Assembly: GCA_021613535.1 (NCBI GenBank) | Contig: CP075492.1 | Span: 3,224,001 to 3,288,000 of the forward strand | DNA length: 64,000 nucleotides | Direction: 5' to 3' | DNA from: Adineta vaga | Lineage: Eukaryota > Animalia > Rotifera | In this document: in pieces, positions 62,371-64,000 of the stretch | Layout of the letters: each line of letters begins with the position of its first letter | Position numbering within the stretch: the first letter of the stretch is position 1 | The notes under the pieces: model-generated | What the model was told of the DNA's origin: nothing | Seen by the model: only the letters and a program-made list of their open reading frames with translations | The model's database searches: none | Translations under genes and position numbers: made by a program

Positions 62371-63167
62371 ATGGCTAGTGAAGTTCTTCATCTTCAAATT
62401 GGCTCAAAAGGTATTGAAATTGGAAATTATTTCTGGGAATTATATTGTCTTGAACATAATTTATCTACCGATGGATGTTTACAAAATGATTTAAATTCAA
62501 ATATTGATCCTCCTCAATGCTGTTTCTCTGAACGAAATGATTGTAATAAAAGAAATTATCGTCCATATACATCTTTTATTGACCATAATTCAACTACAAT
62601 TGAGAAAGTGGAAAACAAGCAAAATGAACAACTTGTATAATGATAATCAATTTCTCGTATTAGTCAATTCTTCTGATTCAATTATGGATAAAATTCAACA
62701 TGAAATAGAATCTTATGATAAATTTCAAGGTTTTATCTTTTCGCATTCTGCATATAAAGAATATGAAAATTTATCATCGAAACTTTTAATAAATCTTAAA
62801 TCTGAATATTCAAATAAAATAATTTTATCAAATACAATAATCGGATCATATATTGATAATCATACTATATCGGATCTATTGAATTATGTTGATATTATTA
62901 TATATATGGAATACAAATCTATTTTTAATATATGTAAACATCAATTAGAAATTGAAACACCAACTGATGTTAATATAAATAAATTTATTGCTTTGTGTTG
63001 GAGTAATATAACATGTTCAATGAGATTTGATGGATGCGTTTATTAAAAAATCTAAATGAATTTCAAACAAGATTAATATACCTATTCCTTCATTAAAACT
63101 AATTTCATCATATTTATCACCATTAATTCCATATAAATGTAGTCAAAAGAATGATCATCAGCCTTAA
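62371..63167 (+). pseudogene. Highly diverged, truncated alpha-tubulin-derived gene with frameshifts
   Basis: EVLHLQIGSKGIEIGNYFWELYCLEHN..DG, FQGFIFSHS, IFNICKHQLEIETPT, SNITCSMRFDG and LNEFQT align to alpha-tubulin. The GGGTGSG loop is absent, there are frameshifts at ~62610, ~63037 and ~63078, and the C-terminal third is missing. Confidence 0.75.
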
Positions 63168-63366
63168 ACTCACCCGCACCCACTTTGTTTTATATTGATA
63201 TTGAAAGAAAACTAGCGACATCAACTTAGATCGTTATTAGTGGATAGAAAAAGAAAAGAATAAGATATAACTAACATTCTATTTCTTTGTCCATATTCGT
63301 TGATATTTCTGTGTGATTTTTTTAATCATTTGTTGTAATATATAACAAAGGCAAAAAGAATTCATT

Positions 63367-64000
63367 ATGGCATCGTTTGATAGTTCGTCGATTGTTTATC
63401 GTTCTGTAGAAAAACACGAACAAAAGAAGGCATTAAATTTATGGTGTCCTATTTTTAATAATCATGTTGATTTAGAGGAACGCTACTTTTTACAGAATGC
63501 CTCACCACGTTATCAAGAAGGTGATACTCTGGGTGCTTGGTACAATGATGAATTAGTCAGTACAATACATATTCGACGATTTATATTACAATCAAGTGAA
63601 GACAATAAAGAATATTTATGTGCAGGTATCACCAATGTAGCTACTAGAATGGAATATCGAAGACACGGTCTATCTCGACATTTATTACAAATAGTTGTTG
63701 ATAAATTGGAGAAAAGTAATGAATTCGATATTTCAATATTAGGTACGAATAAGCCGAACCATTATGCATCTTTTGGATGGGAACAAGTACCTCAACCAAT
63801 TCGTATTATGATCGATTGGAAACTTCATACTTCATTGAATGAAATTATTCAATGGCGTTTAGCATCGGATCTTTCACATCAAGATATTGAACTTATGTTC
63901 AAGATTCATTCAGAAAATCCACGTTTCTATCAAATGAAACGATCTCCATCTACAGTATTTCATCATTGGGTCAAAGCGAGATGGAAAAATAATGCAGCTA
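63367..64000 (+). CDS. GNAT N-acetyltransferase (Eis/Acetyltransf_9-like), runs off the window
   Basis: Open frame from ATG 63367 to the window end: MASFDSSSIVYRSVEKHEQKKALNLW...GAWYNDELVSTIHI...CAGITNVATRMEYRRHGLSRHLL (acetyl-CoA motif A)...HYASFGWE. No introns seen. Confidence 0.82.
   Translation, partial: MASFDSSSIVYRSVEKHEQKKALNLWCPIFNNHVDLEERYFLQNASPRYQEGDTLGAWYNDELVSTIHIRRFILQSSEDNKEYLCAGITNVATRMEYRRHGLSRHLLQIVVDKLEKSNEFDISILGTNKPNHYASFGWEQVPQPIRIMIDWKLHTSLNEIIQWRLASDLSHQDIELMFKIHSENPRFYQMKRSPSTVFHHWVKARWKNNAA

Overview
AT-rich eukaryotic genomic DNA with many short (~50-75 nt) GT-AG introns. The gene content (divergent rhodopsin-like GPCRs, NHL, Kelch, LamG and PAN extracellular proteins, intronless foreign-looking enzymes) is typical of a bdelloid rotifer such as Adineta or Rotaria; this assignment is inference. 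The window holds five class-A GPCR loci, two NHL-propeller membrane proteins, a PAN-Kelch protein, a carboxylesterase, a LamG protein and a multi-exon P-glycoprotein (ABCB). It also holds a condensation/PapA5-like acyltransferase head-to-head with a Zn-ribbon orphan, three tandem type-II membrane genes with hypervariable C-termini, an RRM-DUF4326 fusion, a ~2,080-aa NACHT NTPase, a decayed alpha-tubulin derivative and a partial GNAT. Mobile DNA includes an intact hAT MITE with an 8-bp TSD, a second MITE, two mariner relics and a Helitron relic. Most notable are: (i) a dispersed family of 50-70 bp hairpin elements built from inverted telomere-like hexamers (TGAGGG/TGTGGG); (ii) the RRM-DUF4326 fusion beside the NACHT gene; (iii) the mosaic hypervariable triplet; (iv) a nested intronic RNA structure. 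All family calls come from motifs read by eye; no searches were run.
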